Shown here in pieces: positions 35,862 through 44,340 of a stretch of DNA of 64,000 bases. Source of the DNA: a virus. The position numbers and the translations under genes were made by a program. A model generated the notes under the pieces. It did not search any database and had not been told where the DNA came from. It worked only from the letters and a program-made list of their open reading frames with translations. The stretch lies in the IMG/VR virus record IMGVR_UViG_3300009184_000038, positions 1-64,000 of that record. The stretch is one strand, 5' to 3'. Within the stretch, counting starts at the first letter, position 1, and every line of letters starts with the position of its first letter.

Positions 35862-36314
35862 TCAGCCGACCGTGACGTGCCGCAGCACAGGCCGGATGTA
35901 CTCGCTCACGAGGCCGGCGAACGCCGTGCCGTCAGCCCAAGGCTCGCGGGCATCCTTTCCCGCGGCTTTGTGCATCTCCTTGAGCACAGACTTCAGTTGG
36001 CTCGTGTTGACGCCAATGAGCTGCTTCTCCATCCCTGCCGCCCGTGCCGCAGCCAACACCGCATCCTTGTTGTCAGCCGTGGCGGAAACGGAGTGATCCC
36101 ACTCCACCCGCCAACTCCGTCCAGCGACTCGAACTCCGTCGAGCCTCCCAGCCGTCATCTCCTCGACGGCGATTTCTGCGAGCGACTCTCGCCGCTTCTT
36201 GAGTTCCTTCACGACCAGCTCGGCCACGTCGATTTCGCGGTCGATCTGGGCGATCTTTTCAAGCGCGCTCGAGAGCGGCGTTGTGTCTTGTCCGGTAGGA
36301 ATTGCAAACGACAT
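35862..36314 (-). CDS. Hypothetical coiled-coil replication-module protein
   Basis: RBS GGAAG; N-terminal coiled coil. Confidence 0.65.
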   Translation of the reverse strand: MSFAIPTGQDTTPLSSALEKIAQIDREIDVAELVVKELKKRRESLAEIAVEEMTAGRLDGVRVAGRSWRVEWDHSVSATADNKDAVLAAARAAGMEKQLIGVNTSQLKSVLKEMHKAAGKDAREPWADGTAFAGLVSEYIRPVLRHVTVG

Positions 36315-37650
36315 CGATGACTTCCTTTCTGTTAGAGAGAGCTTCATACACGCGGCCGTCTGCCGTTGTCTTATTCTGTAGGTAAGCAACTAGGCTGAAA
36401 AACCGCGTGTTTCGTTCCTGCCCAGGCCGATGGAGGCGGGCGATTGCTTGCAGCCACTCGGAGAGCGAGTGGCCGAGACTGTAAAAGATGCCGACGGCGG
36501 CCCTGGTGAGATCAATTCCGATTCCGCCTGACTGAATCTGAGCAACCAGTACGGCGGTCTCACCGGCCTGCCACGCGGCAAGGGAGTCCACTTTACCCGA
36601 CAGCTCGCTCACGGTGCGACCCAGTTGGTTGCAAACGTGCAGGACACTGTCGATATCCGACCGAAACCGGCAGAAGACGACCAGCGGCTCGTTCTCGGGC
36701 ATATCCTCGAGCATCTCCGCGAAGGCGGCCCGCTTCGACGGCGTCTCGTCGATCTGCCGCGCCGCGACGGTATCGTCGAGTCGCATGAAGCCGCTGGTGG
36801 CCTGGAGCATCCGCAGCAGGCCGACCATCGCGTTCGATGGCGTGATGTAGCCGCCATCGACCTCCGCACAGAATTCACTCTCGAGCTGCGTGTAGACTTT
36901 GGCCTCCTTGGCCGTCATCTCCACGGGCACCTCAATGTGATGGATCGGCGGGAGGTCGAGGACATCCTCGCTCTTCCGCTGGAATGTCGTCGCCGCCACG
37001 CGGGCAGCGAACTGCTCGCGGTTTCGCCAGCCGATGACCATGCCGGGGATCGCGGGATTCACCACGGCGTAGGTGGCCTTGAAGAGCGTGTAGGTCGTGC
37101 CGAACGTCGGGCACTCCGGCGATTCGACGGCCCGCCACGTTCCGTAAGCGTCGAGAGGCGACTGAGCCAGGAGCGTGCCGCTCAATCCGATCCGCTTCGC
37201 GGTCGGGTTTTTCTTGCAGAGCTTGGCCGCCCACTTACTGGCCGCGCCAGACGGCGACTTGAGCCTGTGAACCTCGTCCCACACGAGGCATTCCCAGGAC
37301 AGCTTTTCAACTTCCTTGATTCGCCAGAGCGATTCGTAGTTGCCGACAACGATCACGGGCGATGTGTCGGCCATCGCTGCCATCAGCATTCGGCCTTTGT
37401 CGGCCGAGGTGCCGCGGTCAAGCAGGAGCACGCGAATCTCAGGCATCCACATTCCCGCCTGCTTCGCCCAGGCGGGAATCACCGCCTTCGGGCAACCGAC
37501 CAGAATGCGGCGAATGCTGCCAGCGAGCATCATCCGCTTGATTATTTCCAGCGTGGTGCGGGTTTTGCCCGCCCCCATGCCGATCCACAACAGAACGTCG
37601 CGGCGGCCGTCGGCCCAGTCGATCGCTTCCTGCTGATGTACCCAGAGCAT
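36259..37650 (-). CDS. SNF2-like superfamily 2 helicase
   Basis: HQQEA, MGAGKT, NYES, DEVH, LSGT, GGIGIDL, QAIARLHRPGQ. Confidence 0.93.
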   Translation of the reverse strand: MLWVHQQEAIDWADGRRDVLLWIGMGAGKTRTTLEIIKRMMLAGSIRRILVGCPKAVIPAWAKQAGMWMPEIRVLLLDRGTSADKGRMLMAAMADTSPVIVVGNYESLWRIKEVEKLSWECLVWDEVHRLKSPSGAASKWAAKLCKKNPTAKRIGLSGTLLAQSPLDAYGTWRAVESPECPTFGTTYTLFKATYAVVNPAIPGMVIGWRNREQFAARVAATTFQRKSEDVLDLPPIHHIEVPVEMTAKEAKVYTQLESEFCAEVDGGYITPSNAMVGLLRMLQATSGFMRLDDTVAARQIDETPSKRAAFAEMLEDMPENEPLVVFCRFRSDIDSVLHVCNQLGRTVSELSGKVDSLAAWQAGETAVLVAQIQSGGIGIDLTRAAVGIFYSLGHSLSEWLQAIARLHRPGQERNTRFFSLVAYLQNKTTADGRVYEALSNRKEVIDVVCNSYRTRHNAALERA

Positions 37651-37677
37651 CCTGCTGCACTCCTTTGCGTGGGCAGG

Positions 37678-37707
37678 ATAATAGGCTACTAGTCAACGAT
37701 CAGTCAA
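37678..37707 (-). promoter_or_regulatory. Candidate leftward promoter of the replication operon with CTACTAG box
   Basis: Minus strand TTGACT-N18-TATTAT followed by AAGGAG RBS of the helicase; ATAGGCTACTAG at 37681 is identical to 12803. Confidence 0.55.
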
Positions 37708-38252
37708 GCGAGGTTTCGATGCCGCCCTTTTTTCCTGCCTGCCTCTTGGAGACGGCGGGCCAGGGAAGCGTTGGCTTCGCAGGAGGCTCGCGAGAAAATC
37801 CAGCATCGGCTGCGGTTGTTCCTCGTGTTGACGAGGATTCTGGCGACGAGATCGCCTTGCTGTGCTAGTCGAGTCGGAAACGTCCAATGGACGCCCATGA
37901 TCTCGGCAGCCTCGCCTGTGCTGATAGCGTCACCAAACGCAATCTGATTTTTCACCGCCGCGAGGAGCTTGAGCATCGGCGGCCGGAGGTCGATACCCGC
38001 TCGAGGCCGCTTGCCGCTGCCACCCTGCTTGAGTTTCTCGGCGTAGTCTTCCCAATCCTTCTCGCACTCAGCGAGCGAGTACACCGTGAAGACTCGCTCT
38101 GGGTCGCTAACGACCGGGGATGCCAGGGTGCGAGTGGTCAGGAGCCCCTTCTCGGCCATTCGGTGCGGCGTCGTCCAGTGGACGCCTAAAACACACGCCG
38201 CCTCCCAGCTTCCGAGTGCCTGATCGATCTGCTTTGCTTTTGCCTTTGCCAT
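37704..38252 (-). CDS. Regulator with two tandem MerR/excisionase-like HTH domains
   Basis: GSWEAACVLGVHWTTPHRMAEKG and STGEAAEIMGVHWTFPTRLAQQG. Confidence 0.75.
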   Translation of the reverse strand: MAKAKAKQIDQALGSWEAACVLGVHWTTPHRMAEKGLLTTRTLASPVVSDPERVFTVYSLAECEKDWEDYAEKLKQGGSGKRPRAGIDLRPPMLKLLAAVKNQIAFGDAISTGEAAEIMGVHWTFPTRLAQQGDLVARILVNTRNNRSRCWIFSRASCEANASLARRLQEAGRKKGRHRNLA

Positions 38253-38445
38253 CTCTCGGTCTCCTGGCGGGCAAGCCGCCAGAGAAGCATATTCCTCGGG
38301 ATCGCCCAGAAGGACGATTTTGCCCAAACGCCACGGCTCCCCACTTGACGCGAAGTGGAGGATAGGGGATTTTAAGTGGGAACGCCACCCCCGGCGGTCA
38401 ACGGCCAGCAATACGCAGTCCGTCCGAAAAACATGGAGGTTGCCG

Positions 38446-38649
38446 ATGCGGAGGTTCAAGGTGATATGCGAGTGGACGGGAGACGTGAGCATGGATGCTG
38501 ACGAATTGATCGTTTCTGCCGACAGCAAAGAGTCTGCCATCAAGAAAGCGAAAAAGAAATGGAGGTTAAACATCGGCGCGAAATGGCCCGACGCGCGTCT
38601 GGGGAAAGTTTTTATCTTCACGCCGGCAAGGCAGGCAAAGTCGACATAG
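38446..38649 (+). CDS. Small basic hypothetical protein
   Basis: GGAGG RBS; divergent from the double-HTH gene. Confidence 0.6.
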   Translation: MRRFKVICEWTGDVSMDADELIVSADSKESAIKKAKKKWRLNIGAKWPDARLGKVFIFTPARQAKST

Positions 38650-38746
38650 GCCGAACCCACTCGTCCACCGCGCCCCACCAAGGGGGGGCGCGCCCACCTA
38701 GACTTCAAGCATCGGCGTGGTACTCCTTTTGACGGAGAGTCACCCC

Positions 38747-39601
38747 ATGCGATTGCTTCAAGTGCTTCACGATTTCTACGCGCCGCTGACGGGAGTCAGC
38801 GACCGCACGATCACCCTCTACAGCTACACGCTTCGTGCGTGGGGGGAGGTTCTCGGGCGACCGCCTGAGACCACAGATTTAGAAGAGCTGTCGGTCGCGC
38901 GGTTCTTGGCTCACCGTGTTCGCACGATGTCGGCCGCGACGGCCGCGAAGGATAAGGCCCAGGTCACCGCCATCTGGGGGTTCTGCTCGAGGCGTAAAAT
39001 GTGCGAGACGTGGCCTCAGACTCCCAGGATCATCGTGCCCGAGCGGGTGCCGGAGTGCTGGATGACGGACGAGCTTCAGCGAGTGATCGACTCCGCGAGG
39101 CAGGAGCCGTACAGCTACTGCGGCTTCTCTGGCTCGCTGGTGTTCCCCGCGATGCTCCTGACCGCTTACTCGACGGGGGAACGCATCGGCGCGATCATGG
39201 GCCTCAAGTGCCGCGACGTTCGCGGTTGCAGCGTTATCTTCAGAGCGGAGGATCGCAAGGGGCGTCGGCGGGACATTTTCCGCGACATTAGCGTAGCCTG
39301 CGCCGATGCGCTCCTGGCTGTTGCCCGCGGGCCAGAGGATACCGCCATCCCGTGGGATCGGCACCCAACCTACGTCTACAACCGGCTGAAGATCATCCTC
39401 AAACGAGCCGGCCTGCCGCACGGCCGCAAGGACAAGTTCCACAAGGTCAGGAAGACGACCGCCTCCTACTACGAGGCGGCCGGCGGCTCTGCCCAGCGTC
39501 TGCTTGATCACTCGAGCCCAGCGGTCACGAGGAAATACCTAGACCCCAGGATCGTCAGCCCAGGCGTGCCTGCCCCGAGCGTGCTTCCCAAGGTGGTCTA
39601 G
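38747..39601 (+). CDS. int: Tyrosine recombinase/integrase
   Basis: STGERIG (R), KGRR (K), FHKVRKT (HxxR), LLDHS, TRKY (Y). Confidence 0.9.
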   Translation: MRLLQVLHDFYAPLTGVSDRTITLYSYTLRAWGEVLGRPPETTDLEELSVARFLAHRVRTMSAATAAKDKAQVTAIWGFCSRRKMCETWPQTPRIIVPERVPECWMTDELQRVIDSARQEPYSYCGFSGSLVFPAMLLTAYSTGERIGAIMGLKCRDVRGCSVIFRAEDRKGRRRDIFRDISVACADALLAVARGPEDTAIPWDRHPTYVYNRLKIILKRAGLPHGRKDKFHKVRKTTASYYEAAGGSAQRLLDHSSPAVTRKYLDPRIVSPGVPAPSVLPKVV

Positions 39602-39714
39602 GAATCGGAGTTCCACTCATCAGACATATCTCCGATGGTCTCGGCAGCGAACATGAGAGCCTGTGCGACTACGGCTATGGCAATTGCTATGGCTGCTAAT
39701 AGCTTCGATATCAA
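39598..39714 (-). CDS. Small membrane peptide (38 aa, TTG start, not in ORF track)
   Basis: MISKLLAAIAIAIAVVAQALMFAAETIGDMSDEWNSDS; TTGA overlap with the upstream gene. Confidence 0.5.
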   Translation of the reverse strand: MISKLLAAIAIAIAVVAQALMFAAETIGDMSDEWNSDS

Positions 39715-39983
39715 GTTTGAACCCATGTCGCAGTCTTCTCGTCCAGCGTCCATCCTTCGCCGGGGCAGGGCGGCACGAACACGTCAAGCGGCTCGTAGTA
39801 GCGGTAGCCGATTGCGGCGTAAACGCCGCGAATGTTTCCGTTGTAGCTAGTCCGAAGGCACCTCTGCCCACGAACGGCTGCGTAGTGGGACTCCCAGTCG
39901 ACGCCCTCGTTTTCGTCCCGCCCGACGATCACTTCTGTGACTGTGTTCGTGCCATCATTCGAGAGGAATGCGTAGTGTGCCAT
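39711..39983 (-). CDS. Fibre-associated hypothetical protein
   Basis: MAHYAFL...VTEVIVG...RTSYNGNIRGVYAAIGYRY...FVPP..W; follows a Gly-rich fibre gene. Confidence 0.75.
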   Translation of the reverse strand: MAHYAFLSNDGTNTVTEVIVGRDENEGVDWESHYAAVRGQRCLRTSYNGNIRGVYAAIGYRYYEPLDVFVPPCPGEGWTLDEKTATWVQT

Positions 39984-39984
39984 T

Positions 39985-40836
39985 TTAGTTGAACGTCACA
40001 GTGTCGGTGCCAGCCGTGATAGTGAGAGTAGTCAGATTCCCCGTGGTAGACGAGGACGTGGTGAGTCCAGCCCCGACTGTCACTCGCAGCCGAGCGTCGT
40101 ACTGCACAACGACGACGCCGCTGCCGCCGTTGCCCGCAGCGTTATTGCTAGCACTGCCGCCGCCGCCACCGCCGGTATTTGCGCTACCGGCAACGCCGAC
40201 GTTTCCAACTGTGGAGTTGCCGCCGCGACCGCCGCCACCAGCACCGCCAGACGCTAGGTTGCTGGTGTTGTTACTGCCGCCGCCGCCACCACCGCCGTAT
40301 TGCAATCCAGTAATTGCCGAGGTGACACCAGCACCACCAGCACCACCGACGGCCCCAGCAGCGTTTGCGCCGTTGGCAGATGCACCACCACCGCCGCCGT
40401 GACCGCTACTGGCTGTCCCAGCCCCTCCATTGCCGCCGCCGCCAATGCCGATGCCAATAGCTGAAGTGCTTTGTGCGCCACCGCCGCTCGCGCCGGTCAT
40501 GCCGATCCCCATAAGGCTGTTGGCAGTCGTCGCGCCGCGTGTGCCGCCTGCCCCGCCGCCGCTGCTGAGTATCGCGTCAAATCGCGAGGACGAACCACCG
40601 CCTGCGCGAGTGTCCACGGCGGTCGTTCCTGCTCCACCCGCGCCAACTCGCACCGACAGTGGCGTCCCTAGCGTAATCTGCACGGCCTGCTCAATGACGT
40701 TGCCAGCACCGCCACCGCCGCCCTGATGTCCGCCACCACCACCGCCGCCAACAACGAGAACTCGCGCAATCACGCTAACGCCAGAGCGCAGCCGCGAGGC
40801 ACTCACCAGCGACGATGATGCGGCAGCGATTGTCAT
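39985..40836 (-). CDS. Glycine-rich fibre/tail protein
   Basis: LVVGGGGGGG...GGGGAG, ANTGGGGGG, GNGGSGVVVV. Confidence 0.8.
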   Translation of the reverse strand: MTIAAASSSLVSASRLRSGVSVIARVLVVGGGGGGGHQGGGGGAGNVIEQAVQITLGTPLSVRVGAGGAGTTAVDTRAGGGSSSRFDAILSSGGGAGGTRGATTANSLMGIGMTGASGGGAQSTSAIGIGIGGGGNGGAGTASSGHGGGGGASANGANAAGAVGGAGGAGVTSAITGLQYGGGGGGGSNNTSNLASGGAGGGGRGGNSTVGNVGVAGSANTGGGGGGSASNNAAGNGGSGVVVVQYDARLRVTVGAGLTTSSSTTGNLTTLTITAGTDTVTFN

Positions 40837-41162
40837 GTAATCTCGACCCCAAACGCCGAGAACGCCACGTTCGCCGACGCAGCGTAGACCGAGACTACAT
40901 CCGTCGCAGCCAGCGTTATGCCGAGCGTGAGGGTTGCCGTGTCATTCGCAGGAAGTGCAGCGTCATAGGCGAGGTACTGCGAGGTCGCGATCGATGCACC
41001 GGCCGGTCGCACGGCGATCCGGTATGTCGTCGCGCTGCTCGCTGTGTTGCAAACCGTGATGGTCGAGCAGATAGCCTGCGTGGATGATGGCACCGTGTAG
41101 AGGGTCGATAGCGTCGTCGCGGAAGGATTTGATTGCCCAAGAACTTTATGCGTCTGCGGCAT
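40833..41162 (-). CDS. Fibre-associated structural protein
   Basis: KVLGQSNPSATT..TLYTVP...LGITLAATD...FSAFGVEIT. Confidence 0.75.
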   Translation of the reverse strand: MPQTHKVLGQSNPSATTLSTLYTVPSSTQAICSTITVCNTASSATTYRIAVRPAGASIATSQYLAYDAALPANDTATLTLGITLAATDVVSVYAASANVAFSAFGVEIT

Positions 41163-41163
41163 C

Positions 41164-41673
41164 TCAGCCTCCCATCAGCAGAAAAGGATGTATCGGAACG
41201 AAGTCGAGCCGTGCCTGCGAGAGCGTGCCAATTGCGAGATCGGAGGCTGAGATCGCCACAGTCCCAGTGCGGCCCGCCACGCTGACGACATTCGCAGAGA
41301 CAGTGCCGCTAATCACAGACAGACCCGCCCCAACCACCACGCCGCCCAAAGACGAGGTGGTGGCATCTGGCAGCGTGTAGCTTGACGATCCGCCGCCCCC
41401 GCCGGAAACGCCGACTTCAACGTAGACGCCGTCTGTGAATTGATGGAGCCTAGACGTGTTGGAGGCGAGGTACAACACATTCGGCAGACCGACTGCGGGA
41501 AACGAACTCGTGGTTGCGTAGCTGGCAATTGACGAGAACGTCGTCACCACCCCAGCCGCAGAGCGGAAGAACAACCGACCGTCCGCTTGGTTCACGGCGA
41601 GAACGCCATTTCCCAGCGATGCCGGAGTATTTCCGGACGTGTTGCTGTAGAGGTTGCGAACTGTGTTTGCCAC
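41164..41673 (-). CDS. Tail fibre-like protein
   Basis: TPASLGNGVLAVNQADG, FPAVG..NVLY, LPDATTSSLGGV, VVSVAGRTG. Confidence 0.72.
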   Translation of the reverse strand: MANTVRNLYSNTSGNTPASLGNGVLAVNQADGRLFFRSAAGVVTTFSSIASYATTSSFPAVGLPNVLYLASNTSRLHQFTDGVYVEVGVSGGGGGSSSYTLPDATTSSLGGVVVGAGLSVISGTVSANVVSVAGRTGTVAISASDLAIGTLSQARLDFVPIHPFLLMGG

Positions 41674-41675
41674 TG

Positions 41676-42383
41676 TCAGAAGCTTCCTGAATCGATAACA
41701 AGATTGTCGATGGAGCCGCCAGTGATGTTCACGTTGCTCGAACTCTGCTGGCTCATCGAGCCGAGGCCGAGGTTTGTGCGAGCCGTGGCCGCATCGGTCA
41801 AGTCGCTGAGGTTCGAGGCCTTGGCAAGCTTGCCGCCGATGGTTGTCGAGATCGTCGTGGAGAAGCTGGCATCCGAGTTCAAAGCGGAGGCCAGTTCTGC
41901 CAGTGTGTTTAACGCTTCTGGTGCCCCATTCACCAGCGATGACACAGCCGCCGACACGAAAGCCGTCGTGGCGATCTTGGTCGAGTTGTCTCCGGCCGCT
42001 GGAGTCACAGAGGCAGGCATTCCCGTGAACGTCGGAGACGCCAGCGGCGCATAGGTGCTGCTCGCAGAAGACTGCGTGAGATAGGTGCTGCTCGCAGAAG
42101 AGATCGTCAGGTAAGTCGTCGCGGCGTTTGCCGTGGTCAAGTAGTTGGCGAGTTGCGAAGACACGTCAACGGCCGCGACAGCCGAGGTGACATAGCTCTT
42201 GGTTGCGAACACCCCGTCGCCGCCGATGGCGATCACGCTTGTGGCGTTGCCGTCCTGCCCTAGACCCTTGCCATACCAAACCACACCATCGACCTCATTC
42301 ACGGCGACTTCGCCGTTGAGAAGAGTTGCTGGTGCGCCAGCGTTGCCCGATACTCTACGCTTCAGCCTAAGACGATTTGCCAT
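41676..42383 (-). CDS. Tail fibre protein
   Basis: LRLKRR...PATLLNGEVAVN, APLASPTFTG, IATTAFV, APEALNTLAELA, NLSDL..AATARTNLGLG. Confidence 0.82.
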   Translation of the reverse strand: MANRLRLKRRVSGNAGAPATLLNGEVAVNEVDGVVWYGKGLGQDGNATSVIAIGGDGVFATKSYVTSAVAAVDVSSQLANYLTTANAATTYLTISSASSTYLTQSSASSTYAPLASPTFTGMPASVTPAAGDNSTKIATTAFVSAAVSSLVNGAPEALNTLAELASALNSDASFSTTISTTIGGKLAKASNLSDLTDAATARTNLGLGSMSQQSSSNVNITGGSIDNLVIDSGSF

Positions 42384-42392
42384 GATTGACTC

Positions 42393-42680
42393 CTAAAAGT
42401 TTTGTCCATCCAAAATCAGATCGCCTTCTGGCTTGTTGCGCCACTTGCCGTTCGAGTAACGAATCAAGTCTCCTTCCGCGACGTTGTTCAACTGCACGTC
42501 ACTCGCCGCAGACAGGGCATTGCCGGGAGGGCCAATAACACCCTGCGGCCCCTGCGGCCCGATGCCGCCTCCGGCCGTTGCCTCGACGACCGACGAGCCG
42601 ACGCTCGCGGAGATGACGCCGCTGCCACTGACGGTCGCCGTAATCGGCTGCGACGAAACACTCGCTGTGATGCTGCTCAT
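42393..42680 (-). CDS. Short collagen-repeat fibre protein
   Basis: GPQGPQGVIGPPG. Confidence 0.7.
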   Translation of the reverse strand: MSSITASVSSQPITATVSGSGVISASVGSSVVEATAGGGIGPQGPQGVIGPPGNALSAASDVQLNNVAEGDLIRYSNGKWRNKPEGDLILDGQNF

Positions 42681-43000
42681 GCGTAGACCTCCACAGTGCC
42701 GCTCAAAGCCGTTCGCTGCACGCTGCCGGGAGCCGTCCAGTCAAGCTGCCATCCGTATGTGCCAGCCGCGAGCGAGGCGGTCTGCGTGTCGGTGAGACTC
42801 ACAGAGACTTGCCCTGCGGCAGCGTCAGCCAAGGTCGTCGTGAAGGGCATCACGGTCGCTCCTGTGACGAGACTCGTCACGGCGGCTGAGACTGAGTAGG
42901 AAGCCAGCGAGACGTTGAAGTCGATGAGCGTCGAGAAGTCTCCTGACTTCTTGAACGCCAGATTCATTGTGCCCGGTAGCAGGCTGAATGTGTTGCTCAT
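42677..43000 (-). CDS. Fibre adaptor-like protein (paralog of 54940-55305)
   Basis: FSLLPGTMNL...GD...VSLTDTQT...W...RTALSGTV. Confidence 0.7.
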   Translation of the reverse strand: MSNTFSLLPGTMNLAFKKSGDFSTLIDFNVSLASYSVSAAVTSLVTGATVMPFTTTLADAAAGQVSVSLTDTQTASLAAGTYGWQLDWTAPGSVQRTALSGTVEVYA

Positions 43001-43161
43001 TGTGCTGCCTCTTCGATTGCCTCGATATCACGCCGCCGATCAGTCGCCATCCGAACCACCGCTTGAGCCTCTGCGAGGGCTCGTGGCAATACGCTCGCCG
43101 CCCGCCAGAGACAGTAGCTGCCGATGGTTGAGCAGATGAAGAGTTCGAGGATGTTGCGCAT
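42997..43161 (-). CDS. Small hypothetical protein (54 aa, not in ORF track)
   Basis: MRNILELFICSTIGSYCLWRAA...; ATGA overlap downstream. Confidence 0.5.
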   Translation of the reverse strand: MRNILELFICSTIGSYCLWRAASVLPRALAEAQAVVRMATDRRRDIEAIEEAAQ

Positions 43162-43164
43162 GGT

Positions 43165-44340
43165 CTATGAAATCCAGAGCCGGAACTTTCCTTTTGAATT
43201 AGTACTGGAAGCAGTCCAATCCGCTGTTGAACTGTACGAAGTGCCTGTCGTTGAACTCAATTTGATGACATCTCCAGCGGTAACACTTATAGTCCTGCGC
43301 GCTCCGTGTGTGCCGAAAAATGTCTGACTGCCCACAAATGCTGTAGATAGAGTGCCGTTTCGCACATACCTCACCATGTCAGGGATTTCCGAGCCGTCAT
43401 TCTCTCTGCCGCCGAACTCAACTGTAAGAGTGCCAGAAACCCCGCAAGTAAACTGCCAAACACGGTAAGTATTTGCGCCGTATCCCCAACCCCAATCAAT
43501 TCCGTTTGGGGCAGCCGCGTCACTGGTTTGAAGCGGGCTTGCTGCTGTTCCGCTGCCGCTCCATGAGTACGCTGTCCCGACATCAGCGGTGCCGCTAGAG
43601 GGACTGACTGTAAGGCTCGCCGCACTCGGCGTGACGCTGCTGCTCGCCGCCGTGAAGGTGCCAGTACCCGCCGCACTCACGCCCGCAACTCGCACGGTAT
43701 ACGCCGTGCCGTTAGTTAAACCCGTCAGCGTGTAGCTAGTGCCGGTGCTGCCGGTAGACACAGTCTGGGCAGAGCCGCCCGATGGCGTGTATTCGACGGT
43801 GTATCCAGTGATTGCAGAGGTGCCGGGCGCAGACGGTGCCGTCCAAGACAAAGCGATCTGCGCGTTGCCTGCGGTGGCCGCGAGAGATGTGGGTGCATTG
43901 GGTGGAGTTCCAGCGCTAGGCGTGACGCTGCTACTCGCCGCCGTATAAGCACCCGTGCCTACGCCGTTGACCGCCGCCACGCGGAATCGATACGCAGTGC
44001 CGTTCGTCAGCCCCGTGACGGTCGCGCTCGTCGCGGTCGATGCAGCCGCCGAGAACGTCGTCCACGTTGCACCGTTGTCGCTACTAAACTGCTCACGGTA
44101 GTCGGTGATCGGTGCTTGCGCGATCACGCCAGTGGGTGCAGTCCAAGACAGTAAAGCCTGCGCGTTGCCGCCGGTCGCCGTGAGGCCGGTCGGTGCAGGG
44201 GGCAAGAACAAATCCCACCGGGAGTCTGCGGCTCCGGCCGATGCGACGAGTTCCCACGCTGATCCTGTCCACGACCACGTCCTTCCGTTGGCCGCGTATG
44301 TCTGTCCGACTGTCGGAGATGCTGGTGGAGAGAGCGGCAT
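43165..44340 (-). CDS. Fibronectin type III repeat protein (two FN3 domains)
   Basis: PPAPTGL...LSWTAP...TGLTNGTAYRFRVAAVN, twice. Confidence 0.88.
   Translation of the reverse strand: MPLSPPASPTVGQTYAANGRTWSWTGSAWELVASAGAADSRWDLFLPPAPTGLTATGGNAQALLSWTAPTGVIAQAPITDYREQFSSDNGATWTTFSAAASTATSATVTGLTNGTAYRFRVAAVNGVGTGAYTAASSSVTPSAGTPPNAPTSLAATAGNAQIALSWTAPSAPGTSAITGYTVEYTPSGGSAQTVSTGSTGTSYTLTGLTNGTAYTVRVAGVSAAGTGTFTAASSSVTPSAASLTVSPSSGTADVGTAYSWSGSGTAASPLQTSDAAAPNGIDWGWGYGANTYRVWQFTCGVSGTLTVEFGGRENDGSEIPDMVRYVRNGTLSTAFVGSQTFFGTHGARRTISVTAGDVIKLSSTTGTSYSSTADWTASSTNSKGKFRLWIS

Noticed and set aside
38253-38708. N-terminal extension of the 334-aa ORF (similar extensions at 5758, 9300, 31577, 57965)
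   Set aside because: Downstream starts have RBS or leader motifs and the extensions overlap other genes or promoters, so starts were trimmed.
38650-38745. attP site or tRNA fragment next to the integrase
   Set aside because: Only a GC hairpin and a short TTCAAG are present; no recognisable tRNA 3' end or arm repeats.
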